Origin: Thermoanaerobaculia bacterium
Lineage (GTDB): Bacteria; Acidobacteriota; Thermoanaerobaculia; UBA5066
DNA length: 64,000 nucleotides
Assembly: GCA_963719225.1 (NCBI GenBank)
Contig: CAVRAY010000001.1
Coordinates: forward strand, 1,088,001 to 1,152,000
Direction: 5' to 3'
The first letter of the stretch is position 1; the number at the start of each line of letters is the position of its first letter. The notes beneath the pieces were generated by a model that made no database searches, was not told where the DNA came from, and saw only the letters and a list, made by a program, of their open reading frames with translations. Of the stretch, positions 1-11,129 are shown one piece after another. The position numbers were made by a program, and so were the translations under genes.

Positions 1-10
1 CAGCGAATCG

Positions 11-1090
11 TCACGGACGGAAGACCGCGATCACTCCGGCGTGGTCGGAGGCGAAGGGCGGGGACACCCCGTCCGGGGGCAGCGCGGAGACCACCTGGTC
101 GGAGCTGATCGCCTCCATGCCCTTCGAGAAGAAGAGGTCGATGCGTTCGAACGGTGCGAACGGAACGAAGAAGGGCGGCGCGGGGTACAGGTCCTCGAGG
201 TAGAAGGGCCAGGTGAGCCCGGGATCACCGCTGCCGTGCGTCATCGGCCACGTCTCCGCGTAGCCGGCGGCCTGGATGAGACCGGCCGTCGGCGTGGCAT
301 CCACGCCGGACCCGCCGTTCGCGTCGGAGTTGAAGTCGCCGCAGATCACGACGGGAATCGTCAGGTTGCGCAGCTCGTGGATCAGCTCCTCGGCCTGCGC
401 GACCTGCACGTCCGTCGCTTCCGGAACGCCGGCAACGGGGCTCTCCAGGTGGGTCGTGACGAAGCGGAACTGCCTGTTTCCCATGTGGACGTCGGCCGAG
501 ATCCAGCCCGCCGTGACCGTCAGCCCCGCGAACGGAAGGGCCGTGTCGAAGGTGCGCGCGTGGACGTTGGAGAGGTGGAGCTGGGGCGGGCGCAAGTCGG
601 ACCTCACGAGGACGGCGTTCCGGTCCGTGAAGCGGAGCGCGCCGCCGATCAGGTTCCCGGGCGCGGCCAGGTCGGTCAGGCGGTTCACGGCGACGACGTC
701 ATAGGGGACGCCGGCCGCGTTGAGCGCCGAGACGAGCAGGCTGACCTGGTCGAAGAGGACCACCGTCGCGGTATCGGGAGCGGGTCCGAACCGCCAGAGC
801 GCCGCTTCCTGGAGAGCGACGATCTCCGGCTTCCGGGCGGCGATCTCGGTCGCCATCTGCGTCGCGCGCCCCTGGAAGTTGGACGCCTGGAGCTCGGCGA
901 AGGTGAGGTCCACGGCGTCCGGCAAGTCGAATTGCCCCAGGAGCGCCCCGATGATGTACGTCTGATCCGTGCCGTCATCCATGTTCTGGGTCATGATCGT
1001 GACCGGCGCGCTTGCTCCCGGGTGAGCAGCCAGCGCCCCGCCGGCCAGGGCCAGGCTGAGAGCCACAAGAACCGTGAATTTTCGAAGCAT
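11..1090 (-). CDS. Secreted endonuclease/exonuclease/phosphatase (EEP) family protein
   Basis: Signal peptide; motifs TQN, ALQE, THLE, GDFNS, RID, SDH; start taken at ATG 1090. Confidence 0.85.
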   Translation of the reverse strand: MLRKFTVLVALSLALAGGALAAHPGASAPVTIMTQNMDDGTDQTYIIGALLGQFDLPDAVDLTFAELQASNFQGRATQMATEIAARKPEIVALQEAALWRFGPAPDTATVVLFDQVSLLVSALNAAGVPYDVVAVNRLTDLAAPGNLIGGALRFTDRNAVLVRSDLRPPQLHLSNVHARTFDTALPFAGLTVTAGWISADVHMGNRQFRFVTTHLESPVAGVPEATDVQVAQAEELIHELRNLTIPVVICGDFNSDANGGSGVDATPTAGLIQAAGYAETWPMTHGSGDPGLTWPFYLEDLYPAPPFFVPFAPFERIDLFFSKGMEAISSDQVVSALPPDGVSPPFASDHAGVIAVFRP

Positions 1091-1189
1091 GAGCTTCCTC
1101 CTCAAGGACTTGACGAGATCCATTCGTTGGCTTGCGTCCGACTGTCGGGCGGCATTTCGATGATGAATATGGTTCCCGCCGGGCGGAGA

Positions 1190-1294
1190 AGTCCTCAGGG
1201 ATTCTCAGGATTCTTCTGGCGTTCGGGTTGATCCCTCGCGCCCTTCAACACCTCGAGGAAGTCACCAGAAAGATCCTGAAGAACCCTGAAGACT
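1190..1294. promoter_or_regulatory. Inverted pair of ~30-bp TCAGG-repeat arrays between divergent genes
   Basis: 1190-1219 AGTCCTCAGGGATTCTCAGGATTCTTCTGG is an imperfect reverse complement of 1265-1294 CCAGAAAGATCCTGAAGAACCCTGAAGACT. Confidence 0.55.
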
Positions 1295-1340
1295 CTCGGG
1301 AGCGGCTGAACCCATGTTCGCTGTCGGAAAGGAGCCACAC

Positions 1341-1802
1341 ATGAAGCGAACGCTCGCTCCCTCGCGAAACGCACTTCGCATCGGCCTCGCCGTCCTGGTC
1401 GCATTTCTTCTTCCCGCGTGCAACAAGAGCCTCGGAACGATCGATTTCTCCGGCCCGTTCGACATGCAATGGACCATGCTTCGGGTCTACGTTCAGAATT
1501 CAGCTTCTTCGGAGATTCTCATTTCGCATCAGGGAAGTACCGCGCAGTCCGCCCCTGCGGGCCAGACCGTCTATTTGACGCCGTACAGTTCCTTGACCGC
1601 CCTTCCAACCTCGGACTGGTTCTTCATTCAGCGTCAGTCCGGGACGCTTGCCCGCGTTTCCTTCCAGCCGTTGCACTATCCGGAAAAGAAGGGTGACGTG
1701 AAGGACACGACGATCGTGATCGCGGAACCCTCCCCGGGTCAGTTCACCGCGACGGCCGAGCCGGGCTGGATTCGAATCGTCTCCGTGACCCCGATGCCGT
1801 GA
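1341..1802 (+). CDS. Hypothetical lipoprotein
   Basis: AAGGAG RBS, hydrophobic stretch and LPAC lipobox. Confidence 0.65.
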   Translation: MKRTLAPSRNALRIGLAVLVAFLLPACNKSLGTIDFSGPFDMQWTMLRVYVQNSASSEILISHQGSTAQSAPAGQTVYLTPYSSLTALPTSDWFFIQRQSGTLARVSFQPLHYPEKKGDVKDTTIVIAEPSPGQFTATAEPGWIRIVSVTPMP

Positions 1803-1835
1803 GGAGAATCGAAGGCAAGCGCGGCCTCGGATCCG

Positions 1836-2729
1836 TCAGCGCTCCGCGGCGGCGCGGGCCCCGCGCACCATGTCGAGGAACGCGTGTGCGGAGTTGCCGA
1901 AGTTTCCGGCGGCGCGGTAAACGAGGCGGAGGTCCCGCGGGCGGCGCAGCTCGGGAAGCGTCGAGGCGGCGAGCCGGCCGGCCTCGATCTCGGAGAGAGC
2001 GGTGCGCCGGGGAAGCAGGGCAACGCCCATGCCGCGCTCCACGGCACGCTTGACGCCGTCGAGGCTCGGGAGCGAGACCTTGATGTTCAGCGGCACGCCG
2101 CGCTCGGCGTACTTGCGAAGCACGCGCTCGCGGGCGGGCGACGGGTCGCTGTGGGCGATGACCGTCGCCCGGCCGAACTCCTCGAGGGTCACGCGGGCCT
2201 GCTTCGCGAAGGGATGCTTCGGGTGCGAGAGGACGACGAGCTCGTCGGACGCGAGGACGACCGTCCTCAGGCCTTTCTCCGAGGGGACGAAGGTCACGAC
2301 GCCGAAGTCGAGCGCGGCCCCGAGCACTTCGACGCCGAGCAGGCGCGAAGGCGACCGCCGCACGTCGAACTCGACCCCGGGGTGCGCGTCACGAAAACGC
2401 GCGATGAGCGGGATGAGGACCTCGACGCCCGACTCGTTCGCGCCGATCACGACGCGGCCGCGCTTCATGTCCTTCAGGTCCCTCACGGCCCGCTCGGCTT
2501 CTTCGGCCACGTTCAGGACGCGCTCGGCGTAGTCCTTCAGTGTGCGTCCCGCCTCCGTGAGACGGGCCTCGCGCGTCGTGCGGTCGAAAAGTGCTTCGCC
2601 GAGAACGACTTCGAGGCGGTGCACGGCCTGGCTCACGGCGGACTGCGTGCGGAAGAGCCGGACGGCGGCGCGCGAGAAGCTGCGCTCCTCGGAAACCGTC
2701 AGAAAGACCCGCAGGGAGAAGATATCCAT
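1836..2729 (-). CDS. LysR-family transcriptional regulator
   Basis: N-terminal HTH (SFSRAA..TQSAVSQ), 297 aa, divergent from the ilv operon. Confidence 0.95.
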   Translation of the reverse strand: MDIFSLRVFLTVSEERSFSRAAVRLFRTQSAVSQAVHRLEVVLGEALFDRTTREARLTEAGRTLKDYAERVLNVAEEAERAVRDLKDMKRGRVVIGANESGVEVLIPLIARFRDAHPGVEFDVRRSPSRLLGVEVLGAALDFGVVTFVPSEKGLRTVVLASDELVVLSHPKHPFAKQARVTLEEFGRATVIAHSDPSPARERVLRKYAERGVPLNIKVSLPSLDGVKRAVERGMGVALLPRRTALSEIEAGRLAASTLPELRRPRDLRLVYRAAGNFGNSAHAFLDMVRGARAAAER

Positions 2730-2792
2730 TAGCAGATCTAATATTAGCAGCAGAAAAATTAGTTTGACTGAAATCTTCTTTCAAGGTGCAAT
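2728..2792 (+). promoter_or_regulatory. LysR box and sigma70 promoter of the ilv-leu operon
   Basis: Palindrome ATTAG-N5-CTAAT (T-N11-A) at 2728-2742; TTGACT (2764-2769) + 17 bp + TGCAAT (2787-2792). Confidence 0.65.
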
Positions 2793-2798
2793 GCGCCC

Positions 2799-2873
2799 GT
2801 GAACAGCCGCGTCCTCGGTCTCCTCCGCATTAACGTCCTCGTCCTTACGGCGAGCGGGGTGCAGGCCGGCTAA
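2799..2873 (+). CDS. ilv/leu attenuator leader peptide (MNSRVLGLLRINVLVLTASGVQAG)
   Basis: 24-codon GTG ORF with clustered Val/Leu/Ile codons immediately before a terminator. Confidence 0.85.
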   Translation: MNSRVLGLLRINVLVLTASGVQAG

Positions 2874-2894
2874 GCGAGAAAACATCGAACAGCC

Positions 2895-2929
2895 GCCCCG
2901 CACCCCGAAAGGGGGCGGGGCTTTTTTTT
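2895..2929 (+). terminator. Attenuator intrinsic terminator
   Basis: GCCCCGCACCCC-GAAA-GGGGGCGGGGC stem followed by T8; antiterminator CGGGGTGC (2855-2862) is complementary to the 5' arm. Confidence 0.9.
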
Positions 2930-2958
2930 GACTCGACGGGAAGGAGATCGAAAAAGCC

Positions 2959-4671
2959 ATGAGGAGCGACGCGATGAAGAAAGGGCCGGCGCGGGCGCCC
3001 GCGCGCGCGATGCTGCGCGCCACGGGTCTCACGCCCGAGGAGATCGCCCGCCCGCTCGTGGCCGTCGTTCACTCGTGGACGGACCTCGGCCCCTGCAACG
3101 CGTCCCTCCGCGCCCTCGCCGAGGAGGTCAAGGCCGGCGTCCGCGAGGCCGGCGGCACGCCCTTCGAGTTCGGGACGATCGCGATCTCGGACGGCATCAC
3201 GATGGGGACCGACGGCATGCGGGCATCCCTCGTCTCGCGCGAGATCATCGCCGACTCCATCGAGCTCGCCGTCATGGGTCACGCTCTGGACGCCGTCGTC
3301 GTCCTTTCGGGCTGCGACAAGACGATCCCCGGCTCCGCCATGGCGCTCGCGCGCCTCGACCTTCCTTCCGTCGCGCTCTACGGCGGGTCGATCGAGCCGG
3401 GACGCGTGAACGGAAAGGACGTCACGATCCAGGACGTCTTCGAGGCCGTGGGCGCGCACTCGGCGGGAAAGCTCTCCGACGCGGGGCTGTGCGACGTCGA
3501 GGCGGGGGCCTGCCCGGGTGCGGGCGCGTGCGGCGGCCAGTTCACCGCGAACACGATGGCGACGGCTCTCACCTTTCTCGGGATCTCGCCGATGGGCGCG
3601 AACGACGTCCCCGCGACGGATCCCGCAAAGGCCGAAGTCGCGCGCGCCGCGGGCCGGCTGGTCATGCAGCGCCTCGCGGACGGCCTCACGCCTTCGAAGA
3701 TCCTCACGCGCGCGGCCTTCGAGAACGCGATCACGTCCGTCGCCGCCACGGGCGGGTCGACGAACGCGGTCCTGCATCTCCTCGCGATCGCCCGCGAGGC
3801 CGGCGTGCCGCTCGTCCTCGACGATTTCGACGCGATCGCGTCCCGGACGCCTATCTTCGTCGACCTGAAGCCGGGCGGGCGTTTCACGGCGCCCGACCTC
3901 TCGCGCGCGGGCGGCTCGCGCCTGATCGCGAAGCGGCTTTCGGACGCGGGGCTGCTGAAGAGCGCGATGACGGTCACGGGCCGGTCCATCCAGGAAGAGG
4001 CCGCAGAGGCACGGGAGACTCCGGGGCAGGAGGTCGTGCGCGACCTCGCCCGGCCGCTCAAGAAGACGGGCGGGCTCGCGATCTTGCGCGGTTCGCTCGC
4101 GCCCGAAGGCTGCGTCGTGAAGCTCGCGGGGCACGAGCGCCTGAAGCACACCGGAGAGGCGCGCGTTTTCGACGGTGAGCTCGCCGCGTTCGCGGCGGTC
4201 GACCGACGGCAGATCCACGCGGGCGACGTCGTCGTGATCCGCTACGAAGGTCCGAAAGGAGCACCAGGCATGCCGGAAATGCTCGCCGTCACGGCGGCAC
4301 TCGTGGGACAGGGCCTCGGCGAGACGGTCGCCCTCGTCACGGACGGCCGCTTCTCCGGCGCGACGCACGGGCTCATGGTCGGACACGTCTCCCCGGAGGC
4401 GGCGGCCGGAGGCCCGATCGGGCTCCTCAAGGACGGAGACCGGGTGACGCTCGACGTCACGGCCCGCCGTCTGGACTTCGAGGTCGGCGACGAAGAGATG
4501 GCCGCACGCCGGCGCGCGTACCGCGCTCCCGCGCCGCGCGCGACGACGGGTGTCCTTGCGAAGTACGCGCGCCTCGTTTCCTCGGCTTCCGAGGGAGCGG
4601 TGACGAGCCCGGTTGCGCCCTCTCCCCGCCCCATCGCAACGGCGCGCGAGCAAGCGGAGGTGACCGCGTGA
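2959..4671 (+). CDS. ilvD: Dihydroxy-acid dehydratase
   Basis: [25 protein letters not shown] and TDGRFSG motifs. Confidence 0.97.
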   Translation: MRSDAMKKGPARAPARAMLRATGLTPEEIARPLVAVVHSWTDLGPCNASLRALAEEVKAGVREAGGTPFEFGTIAISDGITMGTDGMRASLVSREIIADSIELAVMGHALDAVVVLSGCDKTIPGSAMALARLDLPSVALYGGSIEPGRVNGKDVTIQDVFEAVGAHSAGKLSDAGLCDVEAGACPGAGACGGQFTANTMATALTFLGISPMGANDVPATDPAKAEVARAAGRLVMQRLADGLTPSKILTRAAFENAITSVAATGGSTNAVLHLLAIAREAGVPLVLDDFDAIASRTPIFVDLKPGGRFTAPDLSRAGGSRLIAKRLSDAGLLKSAMTVTGRSIQEEAAEARETPGQEVVRDLARPLKKTGGLAILRGSLAPEGCVVKLAGHERLKHTGEARVFDGELAAFAAVDRRQIHAGDVVVIRYEGPKGAPGMPEMLAVTAALVGQGLGETVALVTDGRFSGATHGLMVGHVSPEAAAGGPIGLLKDGDRVTLDVTARRLDFEVGDEEMAARRRAYRAPAPRATTGVLAKYARLVSSASEGAVTSPVAPSPRPIATAREQAEVTA

Positions 4672-6416
4672 GCGCCCAGTTCCAGCCGACGGCCCAGTTC
4701 CAGCCCCGCGAGAAGACGCGCGTGCGCGCCGCGAACGCGATGGCCGCCGAGCTCGTCGCGCAGGGCGTGACGCACATCTTCGGCCATCCCGGAGGCGCCT
4801 CGCTCCCGCTGTACGACGCGCTCCTCTCGGCGCCCATCTCGCACCTCCTCATGCGCCACGAGCAGTGCGCGGCGCATGCCGCCCAGGGCTACGCGCGGGC
4901 GACGGGCCGGCCCGGCGTGTGCCTCGCGACGTCCGGGCCGGGCGCCACGAACCTCATCACGGGCCTCGCCGACGCGATGCTCGACTCCACGCCGGTCGTC
5001 GCGCTCACGGCCCAGGTCGCGACGCCGCTCCTCGGCCGCGACGGCTTCCAGGAGGCCGACATCCTCGGAATGACGGCGCCCGTCACGAAGCACAACTGGC
5101 TCGTCCTCGAGCCGCAGGACCTTCCCGGAACCGTGCGCGAGGCCTTCCGTCTCGCCGCCTCCGGGCGGCCGGGTCCCGTCCTCGTGGACGTGCCGCGCGA
5201 CGTGCTGCAGGCCGAGATCGAGTGGGAGGCCGGCATCCCGACCGCGTCGATTCCGCCGCGGCGCGCGGATCCCGTGGGCCTCCGGCGCGCGGCGTTCGCG
5301 ATCTCGAACGCCAAGCGCCCGATCCTCTACGTGGGGGGCGGCGTCATCTCGTCCGGAGCGTCCGCCGAGGTGCGGCGCCTCGCGAAGAAGACGCGCATCC
5401 CCGTCACGACGACGCTCATGGGAAAGGGCGCGTACCCCGAGACGGATCCTCTGTCCGTCGGCATGCTCGGCATGCACGGCACGGCCTACGCGAACTGGGC
5501 GATGAACGGCAGCGACCTCATCATCGCCGTGGGCGCGCGCTTCGACGACCGCATCACGGGCAAGCTCGCCACCTTCGCGCCGTACGCGAAGGTCGTCCAC
5601 ATCGACATCGACGAGGTCGAGATCGGCAAGAACCGCAAGGCCGATTACCCCCTCCACGGCGACGCCCGCGCGGTCCTGCAGCAGCTCCTGCCGCTCGTGG
5701 GCGCCCCCGACACGGCCGCCTGGTGGAAGGAGATCGAGGCCTGGAAGTCGAAGGCGCCCCTGAGATACCGGCAGGACGGCGACGCCATCCTGCCGCAGTT
5801 CGCGATCGAGCGGCTCTGGAAGCTCACGCGCGACCGGCGCCCGATCCTCACGACCGACGTCGGCCAGCACCAGATGTGGGCCGCGCAGTTCTGGAAGTGC
5901 GACGAGCCCGGCGTGTTCATCACGTCCGGCGGCCTCGGCACGATGGGCTTCGGCCTGCCCGCCGCGCTCGGCGCGCAGTGCGGGCGGCCGGACCGGCTCG
6001 TCATCAATCTCAACGGCGACGGCAGCTTCCAGCAGACGATGCAGACGCTCGCCACGGCCGTGGAAGCCCACCTGCCGCTGAAGGTCGTCGTCATCGACAA
6101 CCAGGGCCTCGGCATGGTTCGGCAGTGGCAGGACCTGTTCTACGACCGGCGGTTCTTCTCGGTGGCGCTGAAGAACCCGGACTTCGCGAAGCTCGCGGAC
6201 GCTTTCGGCGCCGTGGGCTTCACCGCGCGGCGGCCGGACGAGCTCGACGCCGTGTACGAGAAGGCGCTCGCCGTCACGGGCGGGCCCGCGCTCGTCCACG
6301 TCATCACCGACCCCGCCGAGAACTGCTTCCCCATGTGGCCCGCCGGCCAGTCCATCGACACGATGGTCGTCGAGGACCCGAAGTACGCGGCGAAAAGCGC
6401 GAAAAAGACGAGCTGA
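4668..6416 (+). CDS. ilvB: Acetolactate synthase large subunit
   Basis: [29 protein letters not shown] and MVRQWQ motifs. Confidence 0.97.
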   Translation: MSAQFQPTAQFQPREKTRVRAANAMAAELVAQGVTHIFGHPGGASLPLYDALLSAPISHLLMRHEQCAAHAAQGYARATGRPGVCLATSGPGATNLITGLADAMLDSTPVVALTAQVATPLLGRDGFQEADILGMTAPVTKHNWLVLEPQDLPGTVREAFRLAASGRPGPVLVDVPRDVLQAEIEWEAGIPTASIPPRRADPVGLRRAAFAISNAKRPILYVGGGVISSGASAEVRRLAKKTRIPVTTTLMGKGAYPETDPLSVGMLGMHGTAYANWAMNGSDLIIAVGARFDDRITGKLATFAPYAKVVHIDIDEVEIGKNRKADYPLHGDARAVLQQLLPLVGAPDTAAWWKEIEAWKSKAPLRYRQDGDAILPQFAIERLWKLTRDRRPILTTDVGQHQMWAAQFWKCDEPGVFITSGGLGTMGFGLPAALGAQCGRPDRLVINLNGDGSFQQTMQTLATAVEAHLPLKVVVIDNQGLGMVRQWQDLFYDRRFFSVALKNPDFAKLADAFGAVGFTARRPDELDAVYEKALAVTGGPALVHVITDPAENCFPMWPAGQSIDTMVVEDPKYAAKSAKKTS

Positions 6417-6444
6417 GAAGAAAGAGCGACGAAGAGGAGACGCG

Positions 6445-6732
6445 ATGAGGCATCAATTCGAGATCACAGCGACGGACACTCCCGGTCTTCTCGCCAGGGT
6501 GGAGTCGATCTTCCGCCGGCAGCGCACCCCCATTCGCAGTTTTTTCTTCGAAAAGGGTGACGGGGCGTCGGCAGTCCTTGCGATCGAGGCCGACGCGGAG
6601 GCCGAGAAGGCCGACCTTCTAAGAAAGCAATTAATCCGCCTTCTCGACGTGACCGAAGTGCGGGAGGCCGCCGGGACGCGCGCCTTCGCTCCGCCCGAAT
6701 CCCAATTCACCTTCAAAGAAAAAACAGCCTGA
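6445..6732 (+). CDS. ilvN: Acetolactate synthase small ACT subunit (short IlvN/IlvM-like)
   Basis: ACT domain (PGLLARV...KQLIRLLDV) between ilvB and ilvC. Confidence 0.8.
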   Translation: MRHQFEITATDTPGLLARVESIFRRQRTPIRSFFFEKGDGASAVLAIEADAEAEKADLLRKQLIRLLDVTEVREAAGTRAFAPPESQFTFKEKTA

Positions 6733-6763
6733 CGAGAAGCGAGAAGAAGGCAGGAGTAGATCA

Positions 6764-7777
6764 ATGGCCACGATCTGGTACGACAAGGACGCCGACATCT
6801 CCCGCCTCAAGGGGCGGACGGTGGCGATCATCGGGTACGGCAGCCAGGGGCACGCGCATGCGCTGAACCTCAGGGACAGCGGCATCTCCGTGGTCGTCGG
6901 GCTGCACGCGACGTCGAAGTCCGCCGGGAAGGCGAAGGCGGACGGGTTGACCGTGCTGAGCGTGGACGAGGCCGCGAGGCGCGCGGACGTCATCATGATC
7001 CTGACGCCCGACACCGGCCAGAAGAACCTCTACGACTCGTCCATCATGCCGTACCTGAAGGCCGGCAAGACGCTCATGTTCGCGCACGGATTCAACATCC
7101 GGTTCGGGCAGATCGTGCCGCCCGCGGACGTGGACGTCTCGATGGTCGCCCCGAAAGCTCCGGGCCACCGCGTGCGCGAGCTCTTCCAGGAAGGCGAGGG
7201 CACGCCCGCGCTCCTCGCGGTCGAGCAGAACGCGAGCGGCCACGCCCGCGAGGACGCGCTCGCCTACGCGCGCGCCCTCGGCGCGACGCGCGCGGGAGTC
7301 CTGGAGACGACCTTCGCCGAGGAGACCGAGACGGACCTCTTCGGCGAGCAGGCGGTCCTGTGCGGCGGCACGTCCGCGCTCGTGAAGGCCGGTTTCCAGA
7401 CGCTCGTCGACGCGGGCTACCAGCCCGAGGTCGCGTACTTCGAGTGCCTGCACGAGCTGAAGCTCATCGTGGACCTCATGTACCGCGGCGGCCTCAACTA
7501 CATGCGCTATTCGATCAGCGACACGGCCGAGCACGGCGACTACACGGCCGGCCCGCGCATCGTCACCGAGGCGACGCGCGGCGAGATGAGGAAGATCCTC
7601 CAGGAGATCCAGGACGGCGTCTACGCCGAGAAGTGGATCGACGAGAACCGGAACGGGCGTCCCGAGTTCGAGGCGACTCGCGAAAAGGAGAAGAGCCAGC
7701 TCATCGAGAAGGTCGGCGTGGAGCTCCGCGCGAAGATGCCGTTCCTCAATCCCGTCGTCGTGGACAAGGTGGCCTGA
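6764..7777 (+). CDS. ilvC: Ketol-acid reductoisomerase
   Basis: [13 protein letters not shown] and [16 protein letters not shown]. Confidence 0.98.
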   Translation: MATIWYDKDADISRLKGRTVAIIGYGSQGHAHALNLRDSGISVVVGLHATSKSAGKAKADGLTVLSVDEAARRADVIMILTPDTGQKNLYDSSIMPYLKAGKTLMFAHGFNIRFGQIVPPADVDVSMVAPKAPGHRVRELFQEGEGTPALLAVEQNASGHAREDALAYARALGATRAGVLETTFAEETETDLFGEQAVLCGGTSALVKAGFQTLVDAGYQPEVAYFECLHELKLIVDLMYRGGLNYMRYSISDTAEHGDYTAGPRIVTEATRGEMRKILQEIQDGVYAEKWIDENRNGRPEFEATREKEKSQLIEKVGVELRAKMPFLNPVVVDKVA

Positions 7778-7778
7778 A

Positions 7779-9014
7779 ATGAGAATTACGATCTTCGACA
7801 CCACGCTCCGCGACGGCGAGCAGGCGCCGGGCTTCTCGATGCGCGAGGCCGAGAAGGTGCGCCTCGCCCGGAAGCTCGACGCCCTCGGCGTGGACGTCAT
7901 GGAGGCTGGCTTCCCGATCGCCTCCGAGGACGACTTCAACTCGGTCCGCGCCGTCGCGCGCGAGGTGCGGCGCCCGATCGTCGCGGCCCTCGCGCGCTCC
8001 GTGGACGCCGACATCGACCGCGCCGCGGCGGCGCTCGAAGGCGCCGCGCGCCCGCGCATCCACACGTTCATCGCGACGTCCGACCTCCACCTCGAGCACA
8101 AGCTCCGGATGTCGCGCGCCGAGTGCCTCGACGGCGCCGCGGCCGCGGTGCGCCGGGCGCGCCGTCTGGTGGACGACGTGGAGTTCTCGGCCGAGGACGC
8201 GACGCGCAGCGATCCCGACTTCCTCGCCGCGGTCGTCGACGCCGTCGTCGAGGCGGGTGCCACCACCGTGAACCTCCCCGACACGGTCGGCTATTCGACG
8301 CCGGACGAGATCACACGATTCTTCCGCGCCGTGCGCGCCCGCGTGAAGGGCGCGGATCGCGTCGTCTTCTCGGCGCACTGCCACAACGACCTCGGCCTCG
8401 CGGTGGCCAACTCGCTCGCGGCGCTCGAGGGCGGGGTCCGGCAGCTCGAGTGCACCGTGAACGGCATCGGGGAGCGCGCGGGGAACGCGTCCCTCGAGGA
8501 GATCGTCATGGCGCTCCGCGTGCGGCCCGACAAGCTGCCGTTCACGACCGGCATCGTGACGCCGGAGCTCTTCTCGTCGAGCCAGCTCCTCGCCGAGATC
8601 ACGGGCGAGAGCGTCCAGTCGAACAAGGCCATCGTGGGCCGGAACGCGTTCGCGCACGAGGCCGGCATCCACCAGGACGGCATTCTCAAGGACCGACGGA
8701 CGTACGAGATCATGCGTCCCGAGGACGTCGGAGTCCCGCAGACGACGCTCGTTCTGGGCAAGCACTCGGGGCGCCACGCGCTCAAGAACCGCTGCGCGGA
8801 CCTCAAGATCGAGCCCACGCGCCTCGAGCTGGACGAGCTCTACAAGCGGATGATCGCGCTCGCGGACCGGAAGAAGGTCGTCCGCGACAACGACCTCTTC
8901 GACCTTTGGAGCGCCATGAACCGCTTCCAACCGCGTGCGAAGGCGCCCGCCTTGCGCCTCATTCGCGAGGAGACCGCGCTCGCCGAGGAAGCGGGCTACG
9001 GGCACGGGGTCTGA
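7779..9014 (+). CDS. leuA: 2-isopropylmalate synthase, short form lacking the C-terminal regulatory domain
   Basis: [33 protein letters not shown]; only 411 aa. Confidence 0.93.
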   Translation: MRITIFDTTLRDGEQAPGFSMREAEKVRLARKLDALGVDVMEAGFPIASEDDFNSVRAVAREVRRPIVAALARSVDADIDRAAAALEGAARPRIHTFIATSDLHLEHKLRMSRAECLDGAAAAVRRARRLVDDVEFSAEDATRSDPDFLAAVVDAVVEAGATTVNLPDTVGYSTPDEITRFFRAVRARVKGADRVVFSAHCHNDLGLAVANSLAALEGGVRQLECTVNGIGERAGNASLEEIVMALRVRPDKLPFTTGIVTPELFSSSQLLAEITGESVQSNKAIVGRNAFAHEAGIHQDGILKDRRTYEIMRPEDVGVPQTTLVLGKHSGRHALKNRCADLKIEPTRLELDELYKRMIALADRKKVVRDNDLFDLWSAMNRFQPRAKAPALRLIREETALAEEAGYGHGV

Positions 9015-9015
9015 C

Positions 9016-10101
9016 GTGGGGCGACGCGCGCGCATCGCGGTCCTCCCCGGGGACGGCATCGGCCCCGAGGTGACGGCTGCGGCGTTGACGGTCCTCAAGG
9101 CCGTCGCCGCGCGTTTCTCTCACGACTTCGTCCTGTCGGAGTGGCCGATCGGCGCGATCGCGATGCGCACGATGGGCGTGCCGCTTCCCGAGGAGACGAT
9201 GGCGGCCTGCCGCGACGCGGACGCGGTGCTCATGGGCGCCGTCGGGGATCCCGCGTACGACCTGGCACCGCGTGACAAGCGCCCGGAGGCGGGCCTTCTC
9301 GAGATCCGCAAGGCCCTCGGCCTCTACGCGAACATCCGCCCGGCACGTATCTACAAGGGCCTCGAAGCCGCCGGTCCGCTCAGGCCGGAGATCGCCCGCG
9401 GCATGGATCTCGTCGTCGTGCGCGAGCTCACGGGCGGGCTGTATTTCGGGTCTCCGCGCTCGCTCGATCTCGCGGCGGGAACGGCCGTGAATACCCTCCC
9501 CTACACGCGGCCCGAGGTGGAGCGCATCGCCGAGGTGGCGTTCCGCCTCGCGAGGGACCGGCGGAAGAAAGTCACGTCCGTCGACAAGTCCAACGTCCTC
9601 GAGACTTCGCAGCTCTGGCGCGCGGTGACGACGGAAGTCGGCAATCGGCACCCGGACATCGTCCTCGAGCACCAGCTCGTCGACTCCTGCGCGATGAACC
9701 TCGTCCTCTACCCCTCGGCCTTCGACGTCGTCGTCACGGAGAACCTCTTCGGCGACATCCTGTCGGATGAGGTGGGCGCGCTCGTAGGCTCCCTCGGGCT
9801 CCTGCCCTCGGCGAGCCTCGGCGACGGGCCAGGTCTCTTCGAGCCGGTGCACGGCTCGGCGCCCGCGCTCGCGGGGCGCGACATCGCGAATCCGATCGGG
9901 GCGATCGCGACGGTCGCGATGCTCCTCGCGGACGGGCTCGGGCTCTTCGAGGAGGCCGCCGCGGTTCACGCGGCGATCGAAGGAGTTCTCGAAAAAGGCG
10001 CGCGCACGGCCGATCTCGCGCCGCGCGGCGCCCGTGCGCTCGGGACACGCGACATGGCGCGGGCGGTGGCCGAGGCTATCCCGGCCCGCGTGCCGGCCTG
10101 A
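9016..10101 (+). CDS. leuB: 3-isopropylmalate dehydrogenase
   Basis: GDGIGPEV, RELTGGLYFG, NLFGDILSDE, EPVHGSAP; GTG start at 9016. Confidence 0.96.
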   Translation: MGRRARIAVLPGDGIGPEVTAAALTVLKAVAARFSHDFVLSEWPIGAIAMRTMGVPLPEETMAACRDADAVLMGAVGDPAYDLAPRDKRPEAGLLEIRKALGLYANIRPARIYKGLEAAGPLRPEIARGMDLVVVRELTGGLYFGSPRSLDLAAGTAVNTLPYTRPEVERIAEVAFRLARDRRKKVTSVDKSNVLETSQLWRAVTTEVGNRHPDIVLEHQLVDSCAMNLVLYPSAFDVVVTENLFGDILSDEVGALVGSLGLLPSASLGDGPGLFEPVHGSAPALAGRDIANPIGAIATVAMLLADGLGLFEEAAAVHAAIEGVLEKGARTADLAPRGARALGTRDMARAVAEAIPARVPA

Positions 10102-10113
10102 GCGGAGGAAATC

Positions 10114-11097
10114 ATGGGGATGGAATCGAAAACGATCTGGCTGAACGGGGAATTCGTCGACTTCGAAAAGGCGACGCTCCACTTCCTCACGCCGGGGCTG
10201 CATTACGGGATCGGAGTCTTCGAGGGGATCCGCTGCTACGAGACGTCCGGCGGGCCCGCGGTCTTCCGCTTGAAGGAGCACATCGCGCGCTTCTTCCATT
10301 CCGCCTTCTGTCTGGGCTTCCGCGAGCTTCCGTTCACCGAGGAGCAGATCGTCGAGGCCTGCGTCGAGCTCGTCGTGCGCAACGAGTTCGGCGACTGCTA
10401 CATCCGCCCGCTCCTCTATCTCGCGAGCGGCGGCTCCGGCGGCGGCTGGAACCTGAACCTCGACGGCGGCTCACCGGCCATCGGCATCGCCGCCTGGGAG
10501 TGGAAGAACTACCTCGGAGCCGAGGCCCTCGAGAAGGGCGTGCGCGCGAACGTCTCGTCCTTCACGCGCCACCACCCGAACGTCACGATGACGAAGGCGA
10601 AGATCAGCGGCAGCTACGCGAACAGCTTCCTCGCGAAGACCGAGTCGGTGCGGCTGGGCTTCGACGAGGCCATCATGCTCGACCCGCAGGGCTACGTGGC
10701 CGAGTGCACGGGCGAGAACCTCTTCCTCGTGAAGAACGGCACGATCGTCACCTCGCCGTCGGCGCCCATCCTCGAGGGCATCACGCGTGACGCGCTCGTC
10801 ACGCTCGCGGCCGACCTCGGCATCCCGGCCATCGAGCGGCCCGTCTCGCGCGACCAGCTCTACACCGCGGACGAGGTCTTCGTGTGCGGCACGGCGGCCG
10901 AGTGCATCGCTCTTCGCGAGATCGACTTCCGCAAGATCGGCCTCGGCACGGCGGGACCCGTCACGCGGAAGCTCCAGAAGGTCTTCCACGCCGCCGTGCG
11001 GGGCGAGCATCCGCGCTCGAACGAATGGTGCACCTGGGTCCGCGAGGAGGCGGCGCTGCCCGCCCCCGCGCGGTTCGTCCGCGGACGGCACCGCTGA
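10114..11097 (+). CDS. ilvE: Branched-chain amino acid aminotransferase
   Basis: LHYG..FEG, KAK..G.Y, LEGITR, EVFVCGTAAE. Confidence 0.96.
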   Translation: MGMESKTIWLNGEFVDFEKATLHFLTPGLHYGIGVFEGIRCYETSGGPAVFRLKEHIARFFHSAFCLGFRELPFTEEQIVEACVELVVRNEFGDCYIRPLLYLASGGSGGGWNLNLDGGSPAIGIAAWEWKNYLGAEALEKGVRANVSSFTRHHPNVTMTKAKISGSYANSFLAKTESVRLGFDEAIMLDPQGYVAECTGENLFLVKNGTIVTSPSAPILEGITRDALVTLAADLGIPAIERPVSRDQLYTADEVFVCGTAAECIALREIDFRKIGLGTAGPVTRKLQKVFHAAVRGEHPRSNEWCTWVREEAALPAPARFVRGRHR

Positions 11098-11129
11098 GCC
11101 GTTCGGCCGCGCCGGCGCGAGCGGCCGCC

